Of a stretch of 64,000 nucleotides of DNA, positions 25,387 to 38,377 are shown in pieces. Source of the stretch: Squalus acanthias. Taxonomy: Eukaryota. Under the pieces are notes generated by a model. That model searched no databases. It was given only the letters and a program-made list of their open reading frames with translations, and had not been told where the DNA came from. The DNA lies in the NCBI GenBank assembly GCA_030390025.1, contig CM059427.1, forward strand, positions 197,098,001 through 197,162,000, given 5' to 3'. The position numbers were made by a program, and so were the translations under genes. How positions within the stretch are numbered: position 1 is the first letter of the stretch; each line of letters starts with the position of its first letter.

Positions 25387-25556
25387 GTTGACTTCGTTAT
25401 GTAATATTGGATGGACTGATGCACAAAGTTGGATTGGAATGTTTCTATTGTGGTGGCTTTTATTTCAGCACTGTTGCCAAGAGGATGCTGTGAAGGTCAG
25501 TAACAGAGGAAAGGTAAGGTGTGGGACTATTGTTGAATGGGGAATTGGGGTTGCAT

Positions 25557-26257
25557 TCACTGCTACCACATTTGGATCAGTTGATCATGGACAGCTCGGG
25601 TCGCCTCCTCCCTTCTGCTTCTTCCTCTTATGCTTCCTCCTCCTCCTCTTCCTCCTCCTCCTCAGCAGACCACGACGAATCTTGAGACTCGCTCTGGAGA
25701 TAACTGCAGGGCTCCTCCAGAGTGGTCCAGGCAGCAGAAACATTGTTTAAGGATGCCAATGGTTTGCTCTATCAGATTCAGTGTGGCAGCATGGCTCTCA
25801 CTGTATGCATGCTGCCAACGTGTGGTTGGGTTGCAGACTGGAGTCATAAGGTGATTAGCGGATAGCCCATTTCGCCCAGAAGTCACCCTCGGGTTTGTCA
25901 TGGTGGCTCAATGACTGAGGGAACAGCGGACTGATGCAAAATAAAAGCATTATGGCAGCTGCCAGGATACCGGTCATTCACCATCATGATGTACTGAGCA
26001 TGGTTGCACACCAACTGCACATTCAGCGAGTGGTAATCTTTGCGGTTGCAGTACATCTCAGCATTTAGCTGTGGCACCTGCAAAGCCACATGCATGCAGT
26101 CGATGGCGCTCATGCTAGGTGGGTAAGGACTCCTGCTGAGAGCCCTTCTCTCCCTACTACTCCTCCCTCTGCGAGCAGCTTGTTCTCTTCTTCGCTGCCT
26201 CTGCTCCATCTCCCTGTCATGCTACAGGCTAAGAGCAGTGATAAACAGAGCACCCAT
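25557..26257 (-). pseudogene. Harbinger (HARBI1-like) DDE transposase, internally deleted
   Basis: AIDCMHV, NRKDYHSLNVQLVC, RYPGSCHNAFIL, LMTP, HAATLNLIEQTIGILKQCFCCLD.SGGALQ, then a poly-Glu tail. Confidence 0.88.
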
Positions 26258-26764
26258 GACTGGGAGCAAATGGTCTGACCAGAACCTTTGAAGTCAGAAA
26301 CAAAGCCTTCTCCACTTACAGCACCACTCCCTATCATCTCGCCAAATTAAAAAAAAACTCTAAAAACCTCCAGATACTTCCACAAACTTACTCAGAGCCA
26401 GTAGAAATGAATCAGCAACTGACCTTAGATTGGTTCCTGATCCCTATAAAAATCGCTGGTTGGGGGGTTGGCGGGGGGGGGGTGGCGGGTGGAGGTGGCT
26501 TAGCTGCTGCTGAATGCATGTTCAGCTGTGCCAGGTTAAGACAGGGCATTAGCTAACTTTAAATGACGGGAACTGAGGACAACCTCCTTCGTGCTTTATG
26601 GCACTACCACTGTGCCAAATGGGACAGATTCCGAACAGGTCGAGCAGCTCAAAACTGGGCATCAATGTGGGGCTGTAGGCCATCAGCAGCAGCAGAATTG
26701 TATTCTACCACAATCTGTAAAATCATGACCCGGCATATCCCTCATCTGCCATTAACATCAAACA

Positions 26765-28812
26765 ACGGGAACAATATGTACCCTTAAAGAAAAAAGGTGG
26801 GACTAACAAATCTAGAGTCCCCTGGATGTCTAGGGACATATAGGTAGGTTAAAAAAAAGGGAGGCGTATGACAGATACCAAGGGCTAAATACTCCAGATA
26901 CTTTAGAGGAGTACAGAAAGTGCAGGGGTGCAATTAAAAAGGATATTAGGAAAGCAAAGAGAGAGCATGAAAAATTCTTGGCAAGTAAAATCAAGGAAAA
27001 CCCAAAGATGGTTTATAAATATATTAAGAGTAAGAGGATAACTAAAGAAAGGGTAGGGCCTATTAGAGATCATGAGCGCAATCTGTGCGTGGAGGTGGGA
27101 GACGTCGGTAGGGTTCTTAATGAATACTTTTCATCTGTTTTCACAAAGTAGAGGGGCGAAGCAGACATTGCTATCAGGGAGGATGAGTGTGAAATAAACA
27201 TAGTGAGAGATAAAGTATTAGGGGGTTTAGCAGCTTTAAAAGTGGATAAATCCTCAGGCCCGGATGAAATGTATCCCAGGCTGTAAAGCGAAGCAAAAGA
27301 GGAAATAGCAGAGGCATTGACCATCATTTTTCAATCCTCTCTGTCTTCAGGTGTGGTGCCGGAGGACTGGGGGACTGCGAATATGGTACCCTTGTTTAAA
27401 AAGGGAGAAAAGGATAGACCGAGTAATTACAGGCCAGTCAGCCTAACCTTGGTGGTGGTAAAATTATTGGAAAGAATTCTGAAGGACAGGATAAATCTTC
27501 ATTTAGAAAGACACAGATTAATCAAGGATAGTCAGCATGGATTTCTTAAGGGAAGGTCGCGTCTGAAAAACTTGATTGAATTTTTTGAGGAGGTAACAAG
27601 GAGGGTAGTGCGTTTGATGTAGTGTATATGGACTTTAGCAAGGCTTTTGATAAGGTTCCACATGGCAGACTGGTCACGAAGTTAAAAGCCCATGGGATCC
27701 ACGGCAAAGTGTCAAGTTGGGTTAAAAACTGGCTCGGAGGCAGGAGGCAGAGGGTAATGGTTGATGGGTGTTTTTGTGACTGGAAAGCTGTTTCCAGTGG
27801 GGTTCCACAGGGTTCAGTACTAGGTCCCTTGCTATTTGTGTTATATATCAATGATTTAGACTTGAATATAGGGGGCAAGATTAAGAAGTTTGCAGATGAT
27901 ACTAAAATCGGCTGTGTGGTTGATACTGAAGAAGGAAGCTGTAGACTGCAGGAAAATATCAATAAATTGGACAGTTGGGCAGAACAGTGGCAAATGGAAT
28001 TCAATCCGGAGAAGTGTGAGGTAATGCATTTGGGGAGGGATAACAAGGAAAGAGAATACACATTAAATGGTAGGACACTGAGTACTGTAGAGGAACAAAG
28101 GGACCTTGGAGTGCATGTCCACAGATCCTTGAAGGTAGCAGGCCAGGTAGATAAGGTGGTTAAGAAGGAATATGGAATGCTTGCCTTTATTAGCCTGTGG
28201 CATAGAATACAGGAGCAGCGGGGTTATGCTTCAACTGCAAAAACACTAGTTGGGCCTCAGCTAGATTACTGCGTGCAGTTCTGGTCACCACATTACTGGA
28301 AAGATGTGATTGCACTAGAGAGCTTACAGAGGACATTTACAAGGATGTTGCCGGGAGTGGAGAATCTTAGCTTTGAGGAAAGACTGCATAGGCGGGGTTT
28401 GTTTTCGTTGGAACAGAGGAGGCTGAGGGGAGACTTTATTGAGGTGTATAAAATCATGAGGGGCCAAGATAAACTGGATAGAAAGATCTATTTCCCTTAG
28501 CAGAGGGCTCAAAAACCAGGGGGCACAGATTTAAAGTAATTGGTGGAAGGTTTAGAGGGGATTTGATGGGAAATTTCTTCACCCAGAGGGTTGTGGGGGT
28601 CTGGAACTCACTGCCTGAAAGGGCGGTGGTGGCAGAAACCCTAACCACATTTACAAAGTACTTGGATGTGCACTTGGGATGCTGTAACCTGCAGGGCTAC
28701 GGACCAAGAACTGGGAAGTGGGATTAGGTTGGATAGATCTTTGTTGGCCGGCACGGACACGATGGGCCGAAATGGCCTACTTCCGTGCTACACCTTTCTA
28801 TGATTCTATGAT
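26765..28812 (+). mobile_element. 5'-truncated CR1 LINE (RT, stops and frameshifts)
   Basis: NYRPVSLT, SQHGFLKGRS, GVPQGSVLGPLLF and KFADD. Tail TTCTATGATTCTATG. Confidence 0.92.
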
Positions 28813-28885
28813 GCTAACCCTGGTTCACCAAGGAGCGTAGAAGAGCATGCTGTTGAAGAAGCCATGGCGAGTTGCTGCAGTGCAT

Positions 28886-30060
28886 TTGATAAAGTTCCAC
28901 AGAAGAGGTTAGTGTGCAAAATTAAAGCACATGGGATTGGGAGTAATATACTGGCATGGATTGAAAATTAGTTAACCGACAGGAAACAGAAAGTAGGAAT
29001 AAATGGACCTTTTTCGGGGTGGTAGGCGGTGACTAGTGGGGTATCGTAGGGATCAGTGCTTGAGCCCCAGCTATTCACAATATATATCAATGATTTGGAT
29101 GAGGGAACCAACTGTAATATTTCCAAGTTTGCTGACGACACAAAACTAGGTGGGATTGTGAGTTGTGAGGAGGATACAAAGAGGCTTCAAGGCGATTTAG
29201 ACAAGTTGAGTGAGTGGGCAAATACATGGCAGATGCAGTATAACATGGGTAAATGTGAAGTTCTCCACTTCGGTAGAAAAAACAGAAAGGCAGATTTTAT
29301 TTAAATGGTGATAGATTGGGAAATGTTGATGTATAAAGGGACTTGGGTGTCCTTGTACACCAGTCACTGAAAGCAAACATGCAGGTGCAGCAAGCAGTTA
29401 GGAAGGCAAATGGTATGTTGGCCTTCATTACAAGAGGATTTGAGTACAGGAGCAAGGATGTCACACTACAGTTTTACAGAGCCTTGGTGAGACCACACCT
29501 GGAGTACTGTGTGCAGTTTTGGTCTCCTTACCTAAGAAAGGATCTATTTGCCATAGAGGCAGTGCAGCGAAGGATCACCAGACTGATTCCTGGGATGGCA
29601 GGACTGTCGTATGAGCAGAGATTGGGTCGACTAGGCCTGTATTCACTAGAGTTTAGAAGAATGAGAGGGGATCTCGTGGAATCGCATAAAATTATGTCAG
29701 GGCTAAACAGACTGGATGCAGGGAGGATGTTTCCCCTGTCTGGGGGGTCTAGCACGAGGGGTCACAGGCTCAGGATACGGGTAAGGACATTTAGGACTGA
29801 GATAAGGAGAACATTCTTCACTCCGAGGATGGTGAGCCTGTGGAAATCTGTACCACAGAAGGCTGTGGAGGCCAAGTCACTGAATATATTTAAGAAGGAG
29901 ACAGATAGTTTTCTAGAAACAAAATGCATCAAGGGGTATGGGGAGAGAGCGGGAATATGGTATTGAGATAGAGGATCAGCCATGATCACATTGAATGGTG
30001 GAGCAGGCTCGAAGGGCCGAATGGCCTACTCCTGCTCCTATTTTTCTATGTTTTCTATGT
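28886..30060 (+). mobile_element. 5'-truncated CR1 LINE
   Basis: RT C-terminal half similar to 1-1278. Tail TTCTATGTTTTCTATGT. Confidence 0.92.
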
Positions 30061-32645
30061 ATCTATCTTGTCGATGGTACACACTGCAGCCAGGGTGCAC
30101 CAGTGGTGACGGGATTGAATATTTAAGTTGGTGGATGTGGTGTCAAGTAGCGGGCTGCTTTAGCTTGGATGGTGCAAATCGTCTTGAGTGTTGGTGGAGT
30201 CCAGAACTTGAGTGCAAAAGACAAGGCTGAAGCATTTGCAACCATCTTCAGCCAGAAGTGCCGAGTGGATAATCCCCCCCAGGGGAATGGGCACAATGAT
30301 ATAGCATTAGAAAGGAGAAACAAAGTGCACAAAGGAGTGGGAGTGACAGATAGCACTAGTGTAAGAAATAGTAAAGTATTAGGTGGGGTCAGACTAAGAG
30401 AGAATACAAGAAGGTCTAAGGTAGCTTTACAGTGCATGTGCGTAAATGCACGAAGCATGATAAATAAGGTTGTTGAGCTACAGGCGCAAATAGCCACATG
30501 GGAATATGATGTTGTGGCGATAACGGACCCCTGGCTCAAGAAAGGGCAGGATGGGGTTTTAAATATTCCTGGGTATAAGGTGTTCAGGAAAGATAGGAAA
30601 TGAAAGAAATGAGGTGGGGTGGCAGTATTGGTTAAGGAGAATGTTACAGTGCTAGAGAGAGAGAATGTCTTGGAGGGGTCAAGGACAGAATCTTTTTGGT
30701 TAGAGTTAAGAAACAATAGAGGTGCTATTAATCTACCAGGTATATTCTATAGGCCTACTGGGAATGATATAGAGAACATTTGCAGGGAAATTACAGAGAG
30801 GTTCAGGAACTATACAGTAGTGATAAAGGGAGACTTTAATTATCCTAATATAGACTAGGCTAGCAATAGTGTAAAGGGCAAAGAAGTTGAGAAATTCTGA
30901 AGTGTATTCAGGAGAACTTTTTGCTCAATATATTTCCAGCCCAACGAGGAAGGAGGCATTGCTGGTTCTGGTTCTGGGGAATGAGGTGGGTCAAGTGGAG
31001 AAAGTGTCAGTAGGGAACAGTGATCATAGTCTCTAAGGCTTAGATTAGCTGTGGAAAAGGACATGGAGCAATCTAGAGTAAAAATACTTAATTGGAGGAA
31101 GGCAAATTTAAATGGGTTGAGAACAGATCTGGCCCGGGTATATTGGAATCAAAGCTTGGCAGGCAAAACTGTAATCGAACAATGTGCTGCCTTTAAAGAG
31201 GAGATGGTTCAGTTACATTCGAGGTACATTCCCACGATGGGTAAAGGTAGGGCAACTAAAGCCAGAGCTCCCTGGATGACAAAAGAGATAGAGAGTAAGA
31301 TGAAGCAGAAAAAGAGCGCATATGACAGATGTCAGGTTGAGAATACAAGTGAGAATCAGGCTGAATATAGAAAGTTCGGAGGGAAAGTGAAAAAGAAAAT
31401 AAGAGGGGCAAAGAGCGAGTATGGGAATAGATTGGCAGCTAACATAAAAGGGAATTCAAAAGTCTTCTATAGGCATATAATAGTAAACGGGTAGTAAGAG
31501 GAGGGATGGGCCGTTTAGGGACCAAAAAGGAGACCTATGCATGAAGGCAGAGGGCATGGCTAAGGTATTAAATGAGTACTTTGCATCTGTCTTCACCAAG
31601 GAAGAAGATGCTGCCAAAGTCATAGTGAAAGAGGAGGTAGTGGACATACTGGATGACATAAAAATTGTTAAAGAGGAGGCACTAGAAAGGCTGTGTGTTC
31701 ATAAAGTTGGTAAGTCACCATGACCAGATTGATGCATCCTAGGATGCTGAGCGAAAATAAGGAGGAAATCGTGGAGGTACTCGCCATAATCTTCCAATCC
31801 TCCTTAGATACGGGATTGGTGCCAAAGGACTGGAAAACTGCAAATGTTATACCCTTATTCCAAAAAGGGTGTAAGGATAAACCCAGCAACTACAGGACAG
31901 GCCGTTTAACATCGGTAGTGGGGAAGCTTTTAGAAATGCTAATCAGGGACAAAGTTAGCAGTCACTTGGACAAATATGAATCAATTAAGGAAAGCCAGCA
32001 TGGATTTGTTAAAGGTAAATCGTGTTTAACTAACTCGATCGAGTTTTTTGCGGAAGCAACAGAGAGGGTTGATGAGGGCAATGCGGCACACATGGACGAC
32101 CAAAAGGCGTTTGATAAAGTGCCACACAATAGGCTTGCCAGCAAAGTTGAAGCCCAAGGAATAAAAGGGATAGTGGCAGCATGGATACGAAATTGGCTAG
32201 GTGACAGGAAACAGAGAGTAGTGGTGAACGGTTGTTTTTCGGACTGGAGGAAGGTATACAATGGTGTTCCCCAGGGGTCGGCACTAGGACCACTGCTTTT
32301 CTTGATATATATTAATGACTTGGACTTGGGGGTACAGGGAATAATTTCAAAACTTGCAGATGACACAAAACTTGGAAGTATAGTGAACAGTGAGGCGGAT
32401 AGTGATGGACTTCAAGAAGACATTGACAGGCTGGTGAAATGGGCAGAAAAGTGCGAAGTGATACATTGTGGCAGGAAGAATGAGGAGAAGCAATATAAAC
32501 TAAAGGGTACAATCCTAAAAGGGGTGCATGAACAGCGAGACCTGGGGTATATGTGCCTAAATCGTTGAAGGTGGCAGGGCAGGTTCAGAAAGTGGTTAAA
32601 AAAGCATACGGGATCCTGGGCTTCATTTTATAGAGACATATATAT

Positions 32646-33907
32646 GGGCTGGATTTTGTCAATGGGCACGTGATGGATGCGGGACTCCCACTTTTTGGGT
32701 TGTAGTCCCGCCTCCATCGACTTGTGGCCAACCCACTGTATTTTCCCTTGATTGACCTTGTTAAGCCAGCGAGCTTAGCAGGCCAATCAAGGGTCCCTTG
32801 GATACAGGTGACGTCAGCCATTGAAATTTCATCTGTCAAGAGCTTTTGACAGATGAAATTTCAGCGTTTGACAGCTCTGTGAAGCTGTCAAACACTGACA
32901 ATATGATTTCTAACGTGAGTCCCTGTACTTAGACTCAGTTAGAAATCAATCCAGCACAGAAAGCAGAACTGTAGCTTTTGACAGCTCAGCGGCCATTTTG
33001 CTTTCTGTGCCGGTGAGATTTCTGATTCCCGAGACCTGAAGGGCTGACACCTGCAGGAGGAAGTTAAGGTAAGTAAAACTTTTTTCCACACTTTACACTT
33101 ACCTTACACACTTACCTCTGCGCACATGCACCCATCACTCACCTGCCCACCGGACATATCGACCCCTCCAACCCCTGCAGACCCACGGTCCGCCTCACTA
33201 AAACGGCATGGTTTGGAGCTGTTGGGTAGCCCACACTTCAGGGCTAAAAATAGGGATTAGGCAAAAAACTGCCTGTTAACTAACTGTTAACAGGCAGTTA
33301 ATTGTCGCTAATCCTCTTCCCACAGGGCAACACGGTGGCATAGTGGTTAGCACTGGTGTCTCACAGCACCAGGGACCCGGGTTCGAATCTGACCTCGGGT
33401 GACTGTCTGTGTGGAGTTTGCACATTCTCCCCGTGTCTGCGTGGGTTTCCTCCGGGTGCTCCGGTTTCCTCCCACAGTCCAAAAATGTGTGGGTTAGGTT
33501 GATTTGGCTATGATAAATTGACCCTTAGTGTTAGGGGGGGATTAAATATGTGGGGTGATGGGATATGTTAGGGGGAATTAAATACGTGGGGTTACGGGGG
33601 TAGGGTGGGATATGTGTACTGTGGGGATTAAAGCAGGGACAGGGTACTGGATTTGGATGATCAGCTATGATCGTATTGAATGGTGGAGCAGGCTCGACGG
33701 GCCGAATGGCCTACTCCTGCTCCTAGATTCTATGTTTCTATGTCTCACCTCAGGGAGGTGGCTCCCAGCACAGGTCGGGTACCCACCTCCTGTGAAACTG
33801 GCATGGAGGCGGGTTGGGGCGGGATGGGCTCGGGACCCCCGAATCTGCTATTTTCCCACCCCACATGCCTCCAAACCCGACTCCATGGGCCGGTGAAAAT
33901 TCTGCCC
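32646..33907. mobile_element. Harbinger-like MITE carrying a nested SINE
   Basis: Ends GGGCTGGATTTT and AAAATTCTGCCC interrupt a CR1. Internal hairpins at 32822-32893. Confidence 0.8.
33325..33743 (+). mobile_element. tRNA-derived SINE (HE1 / V-SINE type)
   Basis: A box TGGCATAGTGG, B box GGTTCGAATC, V-domain GTGTCTGCGTGGGTTTCCTCCGGGTGCTCCGGTTTCCTCCCAC, and a 3' tail matching the CR1 tail at 1160-1278. Confidence 0.9.
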
Positions 33908-35994
33908 ATAGAGTACAAAATCAAGGAAGTTATGGTGAACCTTTGTAAAATGCTGGTTCTGCCTCAACTGGAATAATCTGTCCAATTCTGGGCACCACAC
34001 TTAAGGGAGGATGTGAAGGCCTTAGAGAGGGTGCAGAAAAGATTTATGAGAATGGTTCCAGAGATGAGGGAGTTCAGTGACGTGGATAGACTAGAGAAGC
34101 TGGTGTTGTTCTCCTTAGAGCAGAGAAGTTTGAGAGGAGATTTGATAGAGGTGTTCAAAATCATGAGGGGTCTAGACAGAGTCGATAGAGAGAAACTGTT
34201 CCCATTGGCAGAACGGTCGAAAACCAGAGGACACATATTTAAGTTGATTGGCTGAAGGACCAAATGCGACAAGAGGAAAAACTTTATTACACAGTAAGTG
34301 GTTAGGATCTGGAATGCACTGCCTGCTAGGGTGGCAGAGGCAGACTCAATCGTGGCTTTCAAAAGGGAATTAGATTAGTACCTGAAGGAAAAACTTTTTT
34401 GCAGGGCTGGAAGGGAAGGGTGGCGGAGTGGGACTTGCTGAATGGCTCTTGCAGAGAGCCGGCATGGGCTCGAGGGACCGAATGTCCTCCTTCTGTGCTG
34501 TAACCATTCTAGGACTGTGCGGTGGTCACTGCTACCAATACTGACATGGACAGATGCAGCTGCGATAGTTAGATTGTTGAGGACGAGGTCAAGTATGATT
34601 TTCACTCGTGTTGGTTCCCTCACCACTTGCCGCAGGCCCCGTCTGGCAGCTGTGCCTTCAGAGCTCGGGCAGCTCGGTCAGTAGTGGTGCTACCGAGCCA
34701 CTCTTGGTGATGGATATTGAAGCCCACCACCCAGAGTATATTCTGTGCCCTTGCTACTCTCATTGCTTCTTCCAAGTGGTTTTCAACATGGATGATAACC
34801 AATTTATCAGCTGAGGGAGGGCGGTAGGTAGTAATCAGCAGGAGGTTTCCTTGCCCATGTTTCAGCTGATGCCATGAGACTTCACGGGCTCCAGATTCAA
34901 TGTTGAGGACTCCCAGGGCCACAGCCTCCTGACTGATTACCACTGTGACAGAACATCTGGTGGGTCTGTCCTGCTGGTGGGACAGGACATACCCAGGGAT
35001 GGAGTTTGGGACATTGACTGAAAAGGTATGATTCTGTGAGTATGACTATGTCAGGTATTGATTGACTAGTCTGTGGGTCAGCTCTCCCAATTTTAGCACA
35101 AGTCCCCAGATGTTAGTGAGGAGGCCTTTGCACAGTCGACTGGCTGGCTGTGCATTTGTCGTGTCCAAAGCCCTGCTTAGGTCAATGCTGAGTGGTCCAT
35201 CCGGTTTCATTCTTATTCTTCCCACCTAGAAGGACAAGGGCAGCAGGCGCTTGGGAACACCAGCACCAGCAATTTCCCCTCCAAGTCACACACCATCCTG
35301 ACTTGGGAAATATATCGCCATTCCTTCAGCGTCGCTGTGTCAATATCCTGGAACTCCCTCCCTAACAGCACTGTGAGAGTACCTTCACCTCACGGACTAC
35401 AGCAGTTCAAGAAGGCGGTTCACCACCTCCTCGAGGGCAATCGATAAGAAGTGGCAATAAATGTTGGCCTTGCCTGCAACACTCACATCCCATGAATGAA
35501 TGGGGAAAAAAGCTCCAGCGTTGAGAAGAGAATTGGCAGTGCTGGCGTCAAATCACTTCTGGTGTACAATTATAACGCCTGCTCTACCACCCTCACCACG
35601 ATGGCGTTCAGCATGGCACGGACCACAAGTGTGCGCATGTGGCACAAAATTAATTTCGTCACAAAAGTGCCGAAATATCTGTCGCTAAGGAGCCGAATTT
35701 CTAGCCCACTATCTTTTTAATGAGACTTTAGATTTCATGATCTTATTTGAAGAAGGACACAGGAGTTCTCCTGGTCCCCTGACCAACATCCGTCAATCAA
35801 CACCACAGAAACCTATTGCTCTTTGTAGAAGCTTGCTGTGCTTAAATCGACTGGCAAGTTTACCTGCATAAAAACAGCGCCTACACTAATTAATTTCCTG
35901 TAAAATGCGTTGCATGCCCTACAACATGAACGGCACAATATCAATGCAAGTTCGTTCTTCATTTGTGACCCACTTTGTCAAATTTGAAATATAC

Positions 35995-36550
35995 AGGAGT
36001 GGTTTTCCTGACGACCCTCTGCCTCGATGCTGAACAGTGCGGTCTTCGGAATTTCCTCTCCCGGCTATTAATATGGCCGGGAGTGTATACTTCTAGAGCA
36101 GGCTCAGCCCCTAGATACTGGCATTAGCTAAATCGACGGGGAAAGATGAAGCAATGCTGAAACCCTTGCCTCCAGCCTTCGAGCTTACTGGCTGCTGCTG
36201 CAGTGCAGCAACCTGCAGGCACCAACACCCTAATATCTGCTCGGTGAGTCGTAAAATATATATAAACACACATTTGGTTTGCTGCTGGCCCCCCTCAGAC
36301 CATCCCGGCTGAGGGAGTTTCCTGGGAGACGCTGAATATCGACAACCTCCGTCGCATGACAACAAAGTGAGGGGGGATGTCAGGAACGGACCCACTCGCC
36401 TCCGTTGCATCTGCTCCTCGAAGAAGGCCCTGGGAATTCAGAGGCATTGTAATGAGGGGTATCGCAGTACACTGGGTCTCCACCTCTGTTTCCCTGACCT
36501 TTGTACTTGGCAATGGATGTTCACGGTTAAATTGGCAAGAAAATCTGCCC
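35995..36550. mobile_element. Probable Harbinger-like non-autonomous element
   Basis: Right end GAAAATCTGCCC followed by TTA. Degenerate left end GGAGTGGTTTTC. Confidence 0.45.
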
Positions 36551-37935
36551 TTATATCTCTGTGTCTTTGCCCTTTCGTGCTCTCTGTGGATGAACATATA
36601 AAATGCTCCTGCCACACGTGGAAGAGCTAGCTCAGTGATTAGCTCATCTGTTGAACAGTGTGAGGCATCTGACTTCCCACCCATGGAATAATCTTCCAAC
36701 ACTGCCATGGGTACAAAATGAGTCGTATATTTGTCTGACTCTTTCACTATCTTACACTACTGATCAAGAAATCTTATCCTGAGATCACCAGAAACACAAT
36801 CCCTCATATTATTTGACATGTTCCTTTATATCAATTATAATAATCATATTTAATTACATTTCCAAGCATCCTGTAGCATACAACTAACTAGTTATTTGTA
36901 AATCAGCTGCTTAAATGGCTGCCTCTTTGCTTCAGATTAAAAGTCATTAAGTAGTAAGAATAGCTCACTTTACGATCTCATAGTCTAAAGCAGGGCTGTC
37001 AAACTCATTTTCTGTGGTGGGCCTGATCTACTATTCTGGCACTTGGCGTGGGCCACATTCAGAAAAAGTTATTAAACTAGAAAGAGATGAAGATCAACTA
37101 TATTGGTACTTACTTACATTTAGATTTAATTCACTGCTACTTCTTCTCCCTGATACCTGGCTCCTTTTAGCTTGAACCATTGCTTCAACCTTTGGAGCAA
37201 AGGCTGAGGCCTGTCTTGGTAAAAAACATGAGGACCACTTGTCACTATAGATCTTTGTGCTCCAGCCACTAACCATGGAACTGAATTCCACAGCCTCACA
37301 ACTTCCTTTGTAAAGAAGTTTCTCCTGATCACTGCTCTGAATCTCTTACATTTAATCGTGCATCTATGGCTCCTTGTCTTGACCCCTCAGTCTCTGCAAC
37401 ACACTGCTTCTAACTACCCCATCCCATCTTTCATACTTTTAAACATTTCTGTCATATTGCCCTGGAAGAAATGTTATACATGAGAAGGATGGGTCCTAAC
37501 AGAAATGACACAAAGTCAGAATGGGTCTGAGACTGAGCCACCTACCATTCTGGTCAGGAATGTATCTGTTCTGTTTGACTTCCTGTATTCCTAAAGTGTT
37601 ATATAACCATAACTGACTGCCTCAGGGATTCTTAGCAATAAACCACAAGCACATAAAACTCCCTGCTGCACACATCTTGGAAACATTATCACTGGGTCTG
37701 TCACAATGGGGACTAAATGGCAAGAGAGAGGAAAAGAGGATCCCTTCCTTCCCATGGCAATCTGCGTGCTTTACTCTGTAACCTTTAATAAAATAAATAT
37801 CTCTCCTGGTGTTTTTCAAAGTTTCTTCAGATGACCTATTTTCCCGTTTCGAATGAATTTTGACAACACAGCCAATCTGCATCACCAGCAACACCACAAC
37901 ACGACCCTGCATTACACTATCGACACTGCACGATT

Positions 37936-38377
37936 TAGAAACATAGAAACTAGGAGCAGGAGTAGGCCATTCGGCCCGTCGAGCCTGCTCCACCATTCAA
38001 TACGATCATGGCTGATCATCCAAATCCAGTACCCTGTCCCTGCTTTCCCACACAGAATCCCCATCGAGCCTGCACCGACACATATCCCACCCTATCCCCG
38101 TAACCCCACGTATTTAATTCCCCCTAACATATCCCATCCTATCCCCGTAACCCCACATGTTTAATCCCCCCCTAACACTAAGGGTCAATTTATCATAGCC
38201 AAATCAACCTAACCCGCACATTTTTGGACTGTGGGAGGAAACCAGAGCACCCGGAGGAAACCCACGCAGACACGGGGAGAAGGTGCAAACTCCACACAGA
38301 CATTCACCCGAAGCCGGATTCGAACCCGGGTCCCTGGCGCTGTGAGGCACCAGTGCTAACCACTATGCCACCGTGTT
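37936..38377 (-). mobile_element. HE1 / V-SINE copy
   Basis: Reverse complement closely matches 33325-33743. Confidence 0.9.

Larger units (their letters stand above)
23208..26570. mobile_element. Decayed autonomous-type PIF/Harbinger DNA transposon with two convergent genes
   Basis: Myb/SANT-like gene on + and DDE nuclease on -. Left terminus similar to the local MITE TIRs (AGGTGTAAAAATT). Right terminus not found. Confidence 0.85.
30280..34510 (+). mobile_element. CR1 LINE (APE + RT), interrupted at 32646-33907
   Basis: CVNARSM, AITDPWL, GDFNYPNID, GVPQGSALGP and LADD. The sequence resumes at 33908 with ATAGAGTACAAAA. Confidence 0.9.
26574..35500. mobile_element. Scrambled family B LINE pieces hosting three CR1 insertions
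   Basis: Pieces at 26574-26760(+), 28813-28850(+), 28851-28885(-), 30061-30200(-), 30200-30272(+), 34511-35220(-) and 35221-35500(+). Confidence 0.65.

Noticed and set aside
33325-33400. tRNA gene
   Set aside because: The A/B boxes belong to a SINE head followed by a V-domain and LINE tail.
36295-36747. 150-aa ORF
   Set aside because: No recognisable domain, non-ATG start, and it straddles a MITE boundary.
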